This document shows, in pieces, positions 10,225 to 20,578 of a stretch of DNA of 64,000 nucleotides. Source of the DNA: a virus; IMG/VR virus record IMGVR_UViG_3300025626_001351, positions 5,816 through 69,815 of that record; one strand, given 5' to 3'. The translations under genes and the position numbers were made by a program. Position 1 is the first letter of the stretch. Each line of letters begins with the position of its first letter. The notes beneath the pieces are model-generated. The model did not search any database and was not told the origin of the DNA. It saw only the letters and a program-made list of their open reading frames with translations.

Positions 10225-10616
10225 TGTACAAATTTAGCAGTTTTACCCCACTTAGTCAATAATCGTTTGAAGTGATTAAATTCATTTCTTTTGATTTCAC
10301 CAAAGTGTACTATCTTATCAGCATTATGAACGATACAATCATATTGATGAAGGGGTTGTGTTGGGTGATATGGTTTACCATAATAATCATCTTCCATTCC
10401 GCTGTAAAGTGATGTTGGTGTACTAGCAGCATTATACTCTATATACTTTGCACCCATCTCTAATGAATATTTACGAACCCACTTTTCAATACCATTCTTA
10501 TTTCCTCGTGTAACTATAATTAAATCATCACCGAATTTACTTTTTAAGTTGAAGATGAGGTCTTTTATCTCACCTCTCTTTTCATACTTCTCGTCCCCTA
10601 TTAACGCTATCCTCAT
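10221..10616 (-). CDS. SLOG/DUF2493-like protein
   Basis: MRIALIG..IIVTRGNKNGIEKWVRKY pattern. Track start 10715 overlaps the next gene; ATG 10616 preferred. Confidence 0.45.
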   Translation of the reverse strand: MRIALIGDEKYEKRGEIKDLIFNLKSKFGDDLIIVTRGNKNGIEKWVRKYSLEMGAKYIEYNAASTPTSLYSGMEDDYYGKPYHPTQPLHQYDCIVHNADKIVHFGEIKRNEFNHFKRLLTKWGKTAKFVQ

Positions 10617-11118
10617 TTGCTTTAAGTCTCTTTTGAATCTTTTTCCAATACCTTTTAGTTTGCTTCTTTTGTAGTCCTTTCGGCCCACCATTCCAACACC
10701 TGGCGATTTTCTCATATGTACTTTCTTTGTGATAATAATTGTAAATTACATAAAACATTTCAATAGATTTAACCTCATCCCACCTGTCATCAAGTGTATA
10801 AAATTCTTCTGATTTTGTTTTATGTAATAATCTATTTACTTCATTCACCATGATAGGTCGTATTTGAAGTATACCAGCAGCGTTTTCACCTTTAGCAAAT
10901 GCATTTGGATTTCCTTCAGATTCTACTAATATCATAGCTTCTATCAAATCACTTACATCCCTTTCAGGAATTGTAAGTAATGTTGGGATTTCTTTTTCAA
11001 TTTTTAATTCTATAATTGGCTTTGGAAGTAATGTTATGATTGGTTGATGATATCTTGGAGTTTTACTATTAGAACTTACTAATAAACACCCAACTATTCC
11101 TATTATTAATAACCTCAT
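10582..11118 (-). CDS. Lytic transglycosylase (SLT/lysozyme-like) with N-terminal signal or anchor
   Basis: AMILVESEGNPNA (catalytic Glu), GILQI, ARCWNGGP; hydrophobic N-terminus. Confidence 0.75.
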   Translation of the reverse strand: MRLLIIGIVGCLLVSSNSKTPRYHQPIITLLPKPIIELKIEKEIPTLLTIPERDVSDLIEAMILVESEGNPNAFAKGENAAGILQIRPIMVNEVNRLLHKTKSEEFYTLDDRWDEVKSIEMFYVIYNYYHKESTYEKIARCWNGGPKGLQKKQTKRYWKKIQKRLKANEDSVNRGREV

Positions 11119-11120
11119 AT

Positions 11121-12071
11121 TTAAACTTTTATACGTTCTTTCTTACTACACAACCCATCATTAGTTTTAAATGGACACCACTTACAATTTTTATTGTTCT
11201 TACCTGCTATTGGAAGAAATTCACCTTCTGAATTATATGTACCATCATCATTAAATGCTACGTCAATAAAATCATTGAAACTATTGACTATCTTATTTAG
11301 TGTTGGTTTACCATGAGCTGGTACAAATTCTTGTACTCGTTTTTGTGCAAACATTGCCTCTTCCCATAACTTACGTTTTACAATAAAATATCTAACTTGA
11401 ATCTTATCAACTGGGTATCCATATTGTTCAGCGAAGAACTTTTTATATAATACTAATTGAGCCGTTTTGGTCTTATCAGCCTTTTGCCACTTGTTCCATC
11501 CTTTAGTAGATGTTTTAATGTCCCATATTTCAATCGAACCATCATCAATAACTTCGAACACCAAATCAAGGAATCCCTTCATCATAACGTTTTCATTGAC
11601 CTCAGATGCTGGGAAGTATATTGGAAGTTCTACACCTACTAACCTCATCTTACGAGTTGAAAAGTAGTCACTTCTATTTTTCTTAAGGAAATCTATAATC
11701 TGAACCCCATCATCGTAAAACTCATTCATTTCACTACGATTGGTAAACTTAACACCATACACAGCCATCATCTTTTTATACTCCTTAGCCATCTCATCTA
11801 AGAGTAATTGGTTTAAGTCCATCTTTTCAGCTTCAACAGCCGATTGATTGTACATGACTTGTAACCAAGCTTGTAGAGTTTCGTGCATTGCTGTACCAAA
11901 TACAAGATGGATTGATGGGTCAAAGTCTCTATGACCATCCATGTAAGTTAATTTCCATTGTTTTGGACAATTAGCCCACATCGTATACTGAGAATACGAT
12001 ACTTTAACATCACCCTTCTTTTCTTCGTGAACAGGAAAGTTAAAGATATTCGATACCATTGATTTTTTCAT
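11121..12071 (-). CDS. PD-(D/E)XK Cas4/RecB-like exonuclease
   Basis: SYSQ..CP, FGTAMHE, GFLDL, IWDIKT, QLVLY, CKWCPF..C. Start at ATG 12071, directly after a promoter (track start 12107). Confidence 0.8.
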   Translation of the reverse strand: MKKSMVSNIFNFPVHEEKKGDVKVSYSQYTMWANCPKQWKLTYMDGHRDFDPSIHLVFGTAMHETLQAWLQVMYNQSAVEAEKMDLNQLLLDEMAKEYKKMMAVYGVKFTNRSEMNEFYDDGVQIIDFLKKNRSDYFSTRKMRLVGVELPIYFPASEVNENVMMKGFLDLVFEVIDDGSIEIWDIKTSTKGWNKWQKADKTKTAQLVLYKKFFAEQYGYPVDKIQVRYFIVKRKLWEEAMFAQKRVQEFVPAHGKPTLNKIVNSFNDFIDVAFNDDGTYNSEGEFLPIAGKNNKNCKWCPFKTNDGLCSKKERIKV

Positions 12072-12076
12072 ACACT

Positions 12077-12108
12077 CTAATATACGACAATTTGGCGTAA
12101 ATACCAAA
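12077..12108 (-). promoter_or_regulatory. Bacteroidota-type sigma70 promoter
   Basis: TTTG-N20-TATATTAG; ATG 5 nt downstream. Confidence 0.8.
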
Positions 12109-12136
12109 TTTTTAATGTTATTAAATTGTTAAGTTT

Positions 12137-12544
12137 TTACTTAGCCCACTTCTTTCTTTGGACTATCTGAGAAATAATTCCATATACACTCAAGTCTTCG
12201 TAAGTGTCTTGAATATTTTCACCGACTTCATCAGGTTGGCCTAATACAACTAATTGCTTTAGTCTCTGAATCTTGTCATTTTTTCTGAACCATAACCCTA
12301 CTAAAGATAATTTTATATCTTCATCAGATTCTAAGTTAGTTCCAACTGATATATTACCTGGTCCGTAGTTTCTTTGCTTCTTACAAAACGTAACATACAT
12401 CTCATCTAATATACTTTTAAACTCATTACAAGTTTCAGGATATAATCTTTCACAATAATCTTGTGCGTTTTCTTCTTTTTTATTCTTTACAACACGTTCA
12501 GAATATTTTACTTTGTTCTTTTTGTCTCTTATTATTTCAGCCAT
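12137..12544 (-). CDS. DUF1599 / nucleotide-modification-associated domain protein
   Basis: FCKKQRNYG, RKNDKIQRL, ENIQDTYEDLSVYGII. Confidence 0.7.
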   Translation of the reverse strand: MAEIIRDKKNKVKYSERVVKNKKEENAQDYCERLYPETCNEFKSILDEMYVTFCKKQRNYGPGNISVGTNLESDEDIKLSLVGLWFRKNDKIQRLKQLVVLGQPDEVGENIQDTYEDLSVYGIISQIVQRKKWAK

Positions 12545-12972
12545 TTCTTGATTTGTTTTTTATCTATCCCATATTTTTTAAGAATATCGGATATTTCTTC
12601 CTTACTTAATATCTCAAGGTAGTCTTTTACTTCCCTTTGAGAAACTTTATAGTATCGAGATAAGTACTCTAATACATTAGAATCGTACTTTTCTCCGGTC
12701 TTACTTTTTATGTATTTATCAAAAGATTTCTTCTTAGGTAATACATCTAAGTATAATTTATACACATCTCGTGGACTGAGTTGACCAATAGTAAATTGTT
12801 GCAACTCGTTTACCAACTCAAGCAGTCCCATATTCATAGATAGGAATCTATTTACCATGAATGGTTCAAAGGTCTTTCTATCCATAGTGGATAGTTTATC
12901 CCACGATACCTTCTGCTCTTTGAGTCCTGAGAGGTGTTGAAATAATGTCTTAGCTTTCTTAGCTACCGCCAT
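12532..12972 (-). CDS. Clamp loader small subunit (T4 gp62-like)
   Basis: PFMVNRFLSM, LSRYYKVSQREVKDYL; lies downstream of the gp44-like gene. Confidence 0.7.
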   Translation of the reverse strand: MAVAKKAKTLFQHLSGLKEQKVSWDKLSTMDRKTFEPFMVNRFLSMNMGLLELVNELQQFTIGQLSPRDVYKLYLDVLPKKKSFDKYIKSKTGEKYDSNVLEYLSRYYKVSQREVKDYLEILSKEEISDILKKYGIDKKQIKKWLK

Positions 12973-13231
12973 CTAGTAATTCTTTTGGTGTAAATTTAGG
13001 ATGAACTGTTCCACAATTATTACAAACCACAACTGGTATTGGTAACATTGAAGCTTGACCTGTCGGTGATTGAACTGCTGGGACTTCTTTATACATCGTA
13101 AGTTGTTCGAAGAATATCCCATCACAATTAGGACACGTTACAGTCTCCAATTTAGCTGGGTCTAATTTTAATTGTTGTGGTTGTGATTGGGCTCCACCCA
13201 TATTCAAAACCTTTCCTTTGTTTTTTGCCAT
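12959..13231 (-). CDS. Zn-ribbon hypothetical protein
   Basis: CPNC...CNNCG. Confidence 0.6.
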   Translation of the reverse strand: MAKNKGKVLNMGGAQSQPQQLKLDPAKLETVTCPNCDGIFFEQLTMYKEVPAVQSPTGQASMLPIPVVVCNNCGTVHPKFTPKELLDGGS

Positions 13232-13234
13232 AAT

Positions 13235-14152
13235 TTATCCTATTGTCATTAAAATGTTTAATATCATTGCCATTACATTGATTTCTTTATCAACTACCAT
13301 TGAATCTTTATACTGACCATCAGCTATGTTTAAAATAGTTTGTCCTACCTTACCACCACCATAATTATCCACATTATCATATAAAGAACGATATAATGGT
13401 GTAAAGTCTTTTACTTTAGAATCAGCTATAATCTGTCTTATTGACATAAATTTAGATTTGACATCATCTGACTTCTTTAGAACTTCTATAATATCATCCG
13501 TATAGTTAGCTTGTATAGTAGACGTTTTATCAATAACTAATTTACCATTAATTACTTGTCTTTGACCTGCGTTAAGTACTCTACGAATATCAGGATACCC
13601 ACTATTTACTAAAGTTACTAAATCTTGAACATCAAAGTCAACACCTTCTTCTTGTAAGATATCATTTAATCGTTTAGCTACATCTTTTTTAGAAGGGGGT
13701 GCTATAGCGAATGTCTGACATCTACTTTGAATAGGGTCAATAATTTTCTCAACATAATTACAAGTTAATATAAATCTTGTTGTTGCTGAGAATGTTTCCA
13801 TTAGATTACGAAGTGCTGCCTGTGCATTTGGTGTTAGGTAATCAGATTCATCTAAGATGATAACTTTCCATTTACGGAAACCCATAGAAGATGCAAATCC
13901 TCTAATCTTATCTCTAACAGCATCTACTGAGTTTTCATCAGATGCGTTAATGTACATCAAATCACAATCGATTTGGTTTGTAATGATTTTAGCGAGAGTG
14001 GTCTTACCTGTACCTGCTACTCCGTAAAGTAATAGATGTGGTACATCTTCATTCTCAATGTAAATTTTTACTTTTTCTAAGATATGTTCATTACCAACAT
14101 ACCCTTCTAATGTATCGGGTCTATATTTTTCAACCCATAGTGAATTGCTCAT
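13235..14152 (-). CDS. Clamp loader AAA+ subunit (T4 gp44/RFC-like)
   Basis: LWVEKYRP, GVAGTGKTT, ILDESD, SRC. Track start 14194; ATG 14152 overlaps the upstream stop. Confidence 0.92.
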   Translation of the reverse strand: MSNSLWVEKYRPDTLEGYVGNEHILEKVKIYIENEDVPHLLLYGVAGTGKTTLAKIITNQIDCDLMYINASDENSVDAVRDKIRGFASSMGFRKWKVIILDESDYLTPNAQAALRNLMETFSATTRFILTCNYVEKIIDPIQSRCQTFAIAPPSKKDVAKRLNDILQEEGVDFDVQDLVTLVNSGYPDIRRVLNAGQRQVINGKLVIDKTSTIQANYTDDIIEVLKKSDDVKSKFMSIRQIIADSKVKDFTPLYRSLYDNVDNYGGGKVGQTILNIADGQYKDSMVVDKEINVMAMILNILMTIG

Positions 14153-15339
14153 CTTCCTACTTCTTTTAAATATGTTTCTTTTGCTTTTTCCCAAGTCATT
14201 CCAATGATGTCTAAGTAGAACAATGGTTCTGGCTTAATACGACCTTCATCAAATAGCTTTGCGTATCTTCGTATTGCTTTTGGCTTCCACCACTTCATAG
14301 TATATTCGTCACCCTCTGTGAATTTCTTCTTCATCTTCAGTTGACTCTCATCAATTTTGTTTTGAAGAAACTCATTCCCATTGTCATACATCATTGCGAA
14401 ATATACACCTCTTTTAAATCCATGTTGGTAGTGAGTACTTTTAATACCTAACTCTTTAAATATCATTGAAAGGATACGTTGTTTAACACCTGATACAGGT
14501 CCTTCAATTCCTTCTTTCTGAGTGGTGGTTTTTGTATAGTCCTCTGATTTATGTTCTTTCAACCATTGATGCCAAACATCATAATACTTGTCATCTGGTT
14601 TAGTAGCAACTTTACCTGCGGATTCACCTAAAGTTTTGTAATGTGGAATACCATTATATTGGGAGTGGATACCATATAGAGATGTAGTGCCGACTGCTAT
14701 CAGTTCTTGACCATACTTTTCCTTCCAATGGTTACGAACGATTGGTGAAGTACACATACAGGCGACTAATTTACCACCAAGAAAATTATAGCCAAGTGGT
14801 TGGGTACAAACAATTGTACTGGCTATTGTGGTGTGGTTTAGACGACCATCTTTAAATTTATTTTCTTTACTCCATCCTATATAGTTATCCCTAACTCCCA
14901 ACGATGTTACATCTGAACCTAATGATACTAAACCTAAGAGTTTACCACTCACTCTATCCTTAATATATAACTTTACATTACGACCTGGATTAGCTGAAAA
15001 CGACATTGTATGAATCAACTTACGAATTTCTGTCCATCTTGTTGATTCTTTGGAGTCTGTTACGATTTCAACATATGGGTCTAAGGACTCTATCTCTTTG
15101 ATAGTTTGGTCTTTATCCATAATGTTAGTAGGTGACCACAATTGGTCAATATATGGCGCCATAGCAGCTTTTCTCTTCATAGAAGATGGAAGGTCACCAT
15201 TATACTCTACCCACTTTTTATATAAGGTTTGTTCTTCAACTGACATAGATGATAGATAATCCATATTTCCTATGAAATTCTCTTTCTCTACATCGTAGTC
15301 GAATATTGGTTTAGCTGGCTCGGTATCCCAAAAATTCAT
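14149..15339 (-). CDS. DUF4338 / DruA-like protein
   Basis: PGRNVKL..SGKLLGLVSLGSD..LGVRDNYIGW, QPLGYNFLGGKLVA, TTSLYG..SQYN. Confidence 0.7.
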   Translation of the reverse strand: MNFWDTEPAKPIFDYDVEKENFIGNMDYLSSMSVEEQTLYKKWVEYNGDLPSSMKRKAAMAPYIDQLWSPTNIMDKDQTIKEIESLDPYVEIVTDSKESTRWTEIRKLIHTMSFSANPGRNVKLYIKDRVSGKLLGLVSLGSDVTSLGVRDNYIGWSKENKFKDGRLNHTTIASTIVCTQPLGYNFLGGKLVACMCTSPIVRNHWKEKYGQELIAVGTTSLYGIHSQYNGIPHYKTLGESAGKVATKPDDKYYDVWHQWLKEHKSEDYTKTTTQKEGIEGPVSGVKQRILSMIFKELGIKSTHYQHGFKRGVYFAMMYDNGNEFLQNKIDESQLKMKKKFTEGDEYTMKWWKPKAIRRYAKLFDEGRIKPEPLFYLDIIGMTWEKAKETYLKEVGR

Positions 15340-16034
15340 TACTTTATCTCTACTAAGTAATAGTTAGACTTAAATCCTTCATGTTCAAATACAACCTCTG
15401 CTAATCCTTGTGGTGATACTTTTAGTGAAGAAGACTTAGCACCTCTATTAGCGTTAAGAATTTCTTTTAAATATTTAGCCGAGAACGAGATTGGTTCTAC
15501 ATCACCCTCACAAGTACAGTCTACATTCATAGAAATTCTATTTGAGTTAATTTTAGAATAACCTAAAATAACCTCACCTTTAGATTTTTTACAAGTGAAT
15601 GTAAATGTATCTGAATCACTAAGTGCTCCTTTTGATTTAATGAATTTACTAACAAAATCATCATTCATTGTAATTGTTGACGTGAATGGTGGAAGTGCTT
15701 TTAACTCTGGAACTACTGGGATTACAGATAGGTCAGCCAACATATAGTTTACTGATGTACCTTTATCAGAAAATACAAGAGCTGCTTCACCCTCTTTAAC
15801 ATCCATATTAGAGTCTAAAACTCCAAGTAGACCTTTTAATTGTGATGTAGTATAAACACCATACTCTCCATTTGGAAAATCTTTGTTATCACTACTTACG
15901 TTACCTAATAAGGTTTTATCATCAGATATAAAATTAACTGATAATCCTGCATCTGTCGATGTTACTTTTACTGATTCGACTTCACCACCGAGATTGTATC
16001 GGTTAATAAAGCCTTCAAACGAACTTTTTTTCAT
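15339..16034 (-). CDS. Sliding clamp (T4 gp45/PCNA-like)
   Basis: 231 aa, FSAKYLKEIL and YYLV C-terminus; lies between PolB and the clamp loader. Confidence 0.75.
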   Translation of the reverse strand: MKKSSFEGFINRYNLGGEVESVKVTSTDAGLSVNFISDDKTLLGNVSSDNKDFPNGEYGVYTTSQLKGLLGVLDSNMDVKEGEAALVFSDKGTSVNYMLADLSVIPVVPELKALPPFTSTITMNDDFVSKFIKSKGALSDSDTFTFTCKKSKGEVILGYSKINSNRISMNVDCTCEGDVEPISFSAKYLKEILNANRGAKSSSLKVSPQGLAEVVFEHEGFKSNYYLVEIK

Positions 16035-16066
16035 AATTTACTTTTTACTATTGATTTATTATTATA

Positions 16067-16098
16067 CTAATATACGAAATTTATTTTTAAAAACCAAA
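16067..16098 (-). promoter_or_regulatory. Bacteroidota-type sigma70 promoter (clamp operon)
   Basis: TTTG-N20-TATATTAG. Confidence 0.8.
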
Positions 16099-18603
16099 AA
16101 ATTGTGAAGCTTTATTTAGATTCGGGTTTGGTTTCTCCCAATTCATAGCTTTATAGAAGTCATCAAGTTTATTTTCTAACTCTTGTTTCCATATTTTGTC
16201 ATAGTCAATGTATTGTTCTACAAAGTCTAATATCTCTTTTGGGTCATTATGACCCTTTAGGCCCGTTGTATCTAATCCAAGAGGGTTTCTTTTCAAATAT
16301 ACCCATTTAATTTTATCACCATCTTTCATTGGTTCATATTTGTAAGCAGTCTTAAAGTATTTTAATAACTGATTGTAAGTAAGTGCTGCTTTAACGTGAG
16401 CTGGTGTTCCTTTCATAAACTCACCCAATACTTGAGACTTATGTGTATATTTGGTCATATCCTTTACTGCTGAATTCTTTGCGATATCAATGAAGTTTTT
16501 GTTTGGCATCTCTTCTTTGTAATCAAGAATCTTAGTATCAATTTTAGTTTTTTCAGTAGACTTCAGAATATCCATCAATACAGTACTCATCACTTCTTTG
16601 AAGTAAGTTGGGAATGATGAACGTTTCACATCCAATCCTTTAACATCCAACTTATCACAATCAACCTCATTATCATTAATAATCCATTGAGCGTATCGTT
16701 TCTTTGATACCCAAAATCCACCTTTAGCGATAGTTTCTTGTTTGATATCAAAATGATGTTTTGTTATGTTAAACATTTTTAATGCCATCATATCATATAC
16801 TTTGTTGATGTGAGTCTCAACTTCTTTTGCAGCTGATAGAATAGCTGGAATCATCTCTTCATCAGAATCTTCATTAAGTTCTGGATTACGAGCTTTTACT
16901 AATGGAGCGGCTTGATAGAATACCGAGTCAGTATCAGTATACACGTTGTAATCAGCATCTTTACCAATAACACTTGAATAGTACTTATTAGCAATCATCT
17001 CAGTTGTTTTAATTACAGTCTGACCTGTGATTGTAGTTGCTTCTGCATTATCTACATCATAGAATCTGAATGATGGTAATCCCATTACACCATATAATGA
17101 GTTCAACATAATCTTTTGTACTAACTGACGTTGAGCGTAAAATTTATATAGTTTATCATTCCCAGCTTTACCATAGGATTTCATTTGATTTTTAAACTCC
17201 ACTCTTTTGTTGAACCATACATTAAGAATTTCAGGAATAACCCCTACTTTGTCTTGTCTATATAGTACACCATTAGCTGCTACTGAATATTCATTTTTCT
17301 CAATAAAATTATTAAACTTATCTTTTGGTAATGGTGGAAATTCATTACCATCGTCATCGACAATTGAATATGTTTCAATAGCACCCTTCATGTGGTCTTC
17401 AGCTGAATAGTTCTTAAGTTTACCAATCTTAGTTTCAGGTGAGATATTGATACTCATAATGATTGATGGGTATAGTGAAGTCAAATCCAAATCATAAACC
17501 CATTTGTAAAGACCAGGTTTTGGTTCTTTTACATAAGCTCCTGTAAACTTTCCTTCACCATCAGAACCATCAGCATTTTTAAACATACGTTGAGGTTTGT
17601 TAGGTGCGATTCTATCACTCCTTCTAAGGAATGTTAAAATAGCCCCTTCTAACCATTTAGATGAAAATAAAAAATCCTCATAGAATACATGACCTGCGTG
17701 ACAAATTGCTTGTGCGAGTTGTATAAATTGTAGTTTCTTATCCATATCCACTACCAATTCAACATCAACTAAGTTGTACTCACAAAACTTCTCAATATCA
17801 TCTCTGAATAATTGGTCTAAGTTTCCTTCATACTCAATCTTACCTCTACCCAATTCCATCTTAGCGATAGTATCTAATCGGTAGTTTGGGTATTCTGTAT
17901 ATGTAAAGTTCTTGAATAGTGCAATATAATCTAATGCAGATACTCCTGCTATAATGTACCTCTTACGATATTTGTTCCAATGAACTTTACCGATTGGTGA
18001 TAATCTATTTGCTTGTGTAGTACCTAAGACTCTTTTTAATCTATTGTAGAGATATGTTACATCAAAGAAATCAATATTCCATCCAGTAATAATAGTTGGT
18101 GAAATCTCTTCCCAAGCATTTACAAATGCAACCAACATATCTGCCTCACTACGAAATGAACGTACTTTAGCACCTTTGATAGTCTTATCTATCTCTTCAC
18201 CTTCACTAAGTACATATACAGTGTAATCGTTTGTAGCTGAGTCGTGAAATGCAACTGAGGTCATTGTGTTCTCAGCTTTTTCAGTATCAGGCAATCCACT
18301 ATTCATCTCAACCTCAATATCAAACGTCAATGTAACGTGTCCAGTTGAAATTTCATCTGAATCACCATACTCATCGATTAAAAATCGAGTCATTTCGTTT
18401 ACATCTGATTCGTAAAGTTTAAGACCATCATCTTGTTTCCAAAAATTAATCTTCTTTAACCTTTCGCCATGAATAGATTGGTGTGCTCCATTACCATCTT
18501 TTACATAAGCGTACCTACGATATTTAGATGTGAAATACCCCTTCTGGTCATCCCAACAATGGATGATACTTTTTTCTTTTTCAAAATAAACGTTTTGATA
18601 CAT
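16087..18603 (-). CDS. Family B DNA polymerase (gp43-like)
   Basis: Exonuclease DIE, GWNIDFFD, YNLVD; polymerase DLTSLYPS, KIMLNSLYG, YTDTDS, KKRY; C-terminal PIP-like QFFGF. Confidence 0.95.
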   Translation of the reverse strand: MYQNVYFEKEKSIIHCWDDQKGYFTSKYRRYAYVKDGNGAHQSIHGERLKKINFWKQDDGLKLYESDVNEMTRFLIDEYGDSDEISTGHVTLTFDIEVEMNSGLPDTEKAENTMTSVAFHDSATNDYTVYVLSEGEEIDKTIKGAKVRSFRSEADMLVAFVNAWEEISPTIITGWNIDFFDVTYLYNRLKRVLGTTQANRLSPIGKVHWNKYRKRYIIAGVSALDYIALFKNFTYTEYPNYRLDTIAKMELGRGKIEYEGNLDQLFRDDIEKFCEYNLVDVELVVDMDKKLQFIQLAQAICHAGHVFYEDFLFSSKWLEGAILTFLRRSDRIAPNKPQRMFKNADGSDGEGKFTGAYVKEPKPGLYKWVYDLDLTSLYPSIIMSINISPETKIGKLKNYSAEDHMKGAIETYSIVDDDGNEFPPLPKDKFNNFIEKNEYSVAANGVLYRQDKVGVIPEILNVWFNKRVEFKNQMKSYGKAGNDKLYKFYAQRQLVQKIMLNSLYGVMGLPSFRFYDVDNAEATTITGQTVIKTTEMIANKYYSSVIGKDADYNVYTDTDSVFYQAAPLVKARNPELNEDSDEEMIPAILSAAKEVETHINKVYDMMALKMFNITKHHFDIKQETIAKGGFWVSKKRYAQWIINDNEVDCDKLDVKGLDVKRSSFPTYFKEVMSTVLMDILKSTEKTKIDTKILDYKEEMPNKNFIDIAKNSAVKDMTKYTHKSQVLGEFMKGTPAHVKAALTYNQLLKYFKTAYKYEPMKDGDKIKWVYLKRNPLGLDTTGLKGHNDPKEILDFVEQYIDYDKIWKQELENKLDDFYKAMNWEKPNPNLNKASQFFGF

Positions 18604-18606
18604 ATA

Positions 18607-19740
18607 CTATTTTAACTTATTATGTAACTCCTTAATCATTATCTCTTCGTTCAAAGATAATTCCAAAGCTCTATTTAATGACATTTTGTCGTGTTCTTTA
18701 CGGAACGTGTCATCATCTAATATTTTATCTAAATAATTAAAGAAGTCTTTTTTATATTTAAAGAACATTCCATTAGGGTCAATTTCCCTATAACAATCAG
18801 AATCATGCCAAATCATTGGAGTACCATTCATCATACAATCAGTTCCACTTACTGACCAACCATAATTTGTTTGTTTCATTTGAACACCAACAACACAATC
18901 TTGTAATCGTTTATAGTAATCATGTTTTGGTACTTTGGTATTGTCTACCCAAGTGTGTGGTGGTTTACCATTCAACTGAGGAATCCACACTTTGAAATCA
19001 TCTCTTGTTTTTCTGTATTCTACCATCAACTCCATAAACTTTGGATACCCCTTGTATGCAGCTGCTCTGTGATTGAATACAATTAACTTTTCTTTTGATT
19101 TCTTAACATCACTAACAATCTTTTGTTTAGGTAACCCTAAGTTCCAAACTGAAAGTATATTATCCAATTTGGTTACAAATTCTTGATTAAAAGTATCACC
19201 TGCTTCTTTTAATACTCTATTCTTTTGGTCTTGTGTATTAATATAACAAGTATCCATTTGGGAGATACCTAATAATTCAATTGGTAACCATAGCCATTTT
19301 GGTTTACCAGCTCTATTATCAGGACCATTACATGATTTCATTTCCCACCAATGACAATAACCTATAATTTTAGTATTCATTGTTTTACGATACCTACCCA
19401 CTTGTACCCAATCAGGCAGATGTGAATAGATTACATCATAATCAATGTCTTTTAACATATTAATTAACTTGTCAGATGGAAACGACCTCTGATTCATCAT
19501 GTCACCAGGTATATGAATCTGATGCTGTTTGACGTTTGGTAAGTTTAACTTCTTTGCTAACTTACCTTCAGGCATGAGAACATTAAAGAAGTAATCACCA
19601 CATTCATTTAGTTTTAGAATATGATTATATATAACGTCTACGAAACTGTCTTTATCAACATTGGATGAATTAGTAATATTAGGAATTACAAGCACCTTAC
19701 GTGCTTTACTATAATCTATACTATCACCCCAAAAATTCAT
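18607..19740 (-). CDS. GT-B fold glycosyltransferase, candidate DNA glycosyltransferase
   Basis: DVIYSHLPD, IVFNHR...YKG, GWSVSGTDCMMNGTP; co-transcribed with PolB. Confidence 0.6.
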   Translation of the reverse strand: MNFWGDSIDYSKARKVLVIPNITNSSNVDKDSFVDVIYNHILKLNECGDYFFNVLMPEGKLAKKLNLPNVKQHQIHIPGDMMNQRSFPSDKLINMLKDIDYDVIYSHLPDWVQVGRYRKTMNTKIIGYCHWWEMKSCNGPDNRAGKPKWLWLPIELLGISQMDTCYINTQDQKNRVLKEAGDTFNQEFVTKLDNILSVWNLGLPKQKIVSDVKKSKEKLIVFNHRAAAYKGYPKFMELMVEYRKTRDDFKVWIPQLNGKPPHTWVDNTKVPKHDYYKRLQDCVVGVQMKQTNYGWSVSGTDCMMNGTPMIWHDSDCYREIDPNGMFFKYKKDFFNYLDKILDDDTFRKEHDKMSLNRALELSLNEEIMIKELHNKLK

Positions 19741-19759
19741 ATTTGTTATTTTATATATA

Positions 19760-19791
19760 CTAATATACGACTTTTATTTTAAACTACCAAA
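19760..19791 (-). promoter_or_regulatory. Bacteroidota-type sigma70 promoter (GT-PolB)
   Basis: TTTG-N20-TATATTAG. Confidence 0.8.
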
Positions 19792-20578
19792 AGTTTACCT
19801 GATTTTCTGGCGTAAATGTTTCATGATGTACCACTTCTGATAGAAACTCACTTGCGTCTTTAGGATATGGACTTACTTTGTGCTTAAGTCGTTTAGTTAA
19901 CTTACGTTTTTCCGATTTGTTCTGACCTAACACTTGTATATATCTGTGTTTTGCTGATTCTTTTTTTCTCCAAAATTCAGTTAAGTTCTCCTTACCAAGT
20001 TGTGTCTTTAAATGGTCAAGGTTATGACTACCCCATCGAGAAAATACAGTTCTTGAATGTATCCACTTATGTGGGTCACTTTCGATTGATATGGAGTAGT
20101 TTGGCATTAATTGTATATCACGACAATCTTGATATAACCAATTGGTTGCTTGATAGATACCACCTAAATGCATTTGCTCGGGGTCAGCATACGATAATAA
20201 CATTTTTATATTAGATGCGTTATCTTTCATCCATTTAAAAGATTGTCCCATAGCAAACGATTCAATATTTGAACCATACCCATCGTGTATAAATAATCGT
20301 GTTAGTTCTAAACACTCATCTTTTTCTAAACCATCAATAACTGATTTTATTGCCGACCTACCTACTGGATACCCATATACTAAACACCCTATTAATGTTT
20401 CTGTATTACCAAGAACATCCTTTTCGTCAGTTTCATAGAATACCCCAAGTGCGTATCTACACATCGTCCAAGCATGCGAATAGTGATATTTTACAATCAT
20501 TTTCTTTGCCGTAGATTTACCTATTTCTCTAATAGTAACACGAGATGTATCTACATAATGTTTATTAGCTTCTTTCAA
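19784..20578 (-). CDS. Mom-family (GNAT) DNA-modifying acyltransferase, paralog 2
   Basis: IVKYHYSH, GCLVYG, LELTRLF, NIESF, LSYADP..HLGGIYQATNW, KHRY. Confidence 0.8.
   Translation of the reverse strand: MKEANKHYVDTSRVTIREIGKSTAKKMIVKYHYSHAWTMCRYALGVFYETDEKDVLGNTETLIGCLVYGYPVGRSAIKSVIDGLEKDECLELTRLFIHDGYGSNIESFAMGQSFKWMKDNASNIKMLLSYADPEQMHLGGIYQATNWLYQDCRDIQLMPNYSISIESDPHKWIHSRTVFSRWGSHNLDHLKTQLGKENLTEFWRKKESAKHRYIQVLGQNKSEKRKLTKRLKHKVSPYPKDASEFLSEVVHHETFTPENQVNFW

Noticed and set aside
14149-15339. Druantia anti-phage system
   Set aside because: Only a DruA-like gene; no DruE helicase or other subunits; embedded in the phage replisome operon.
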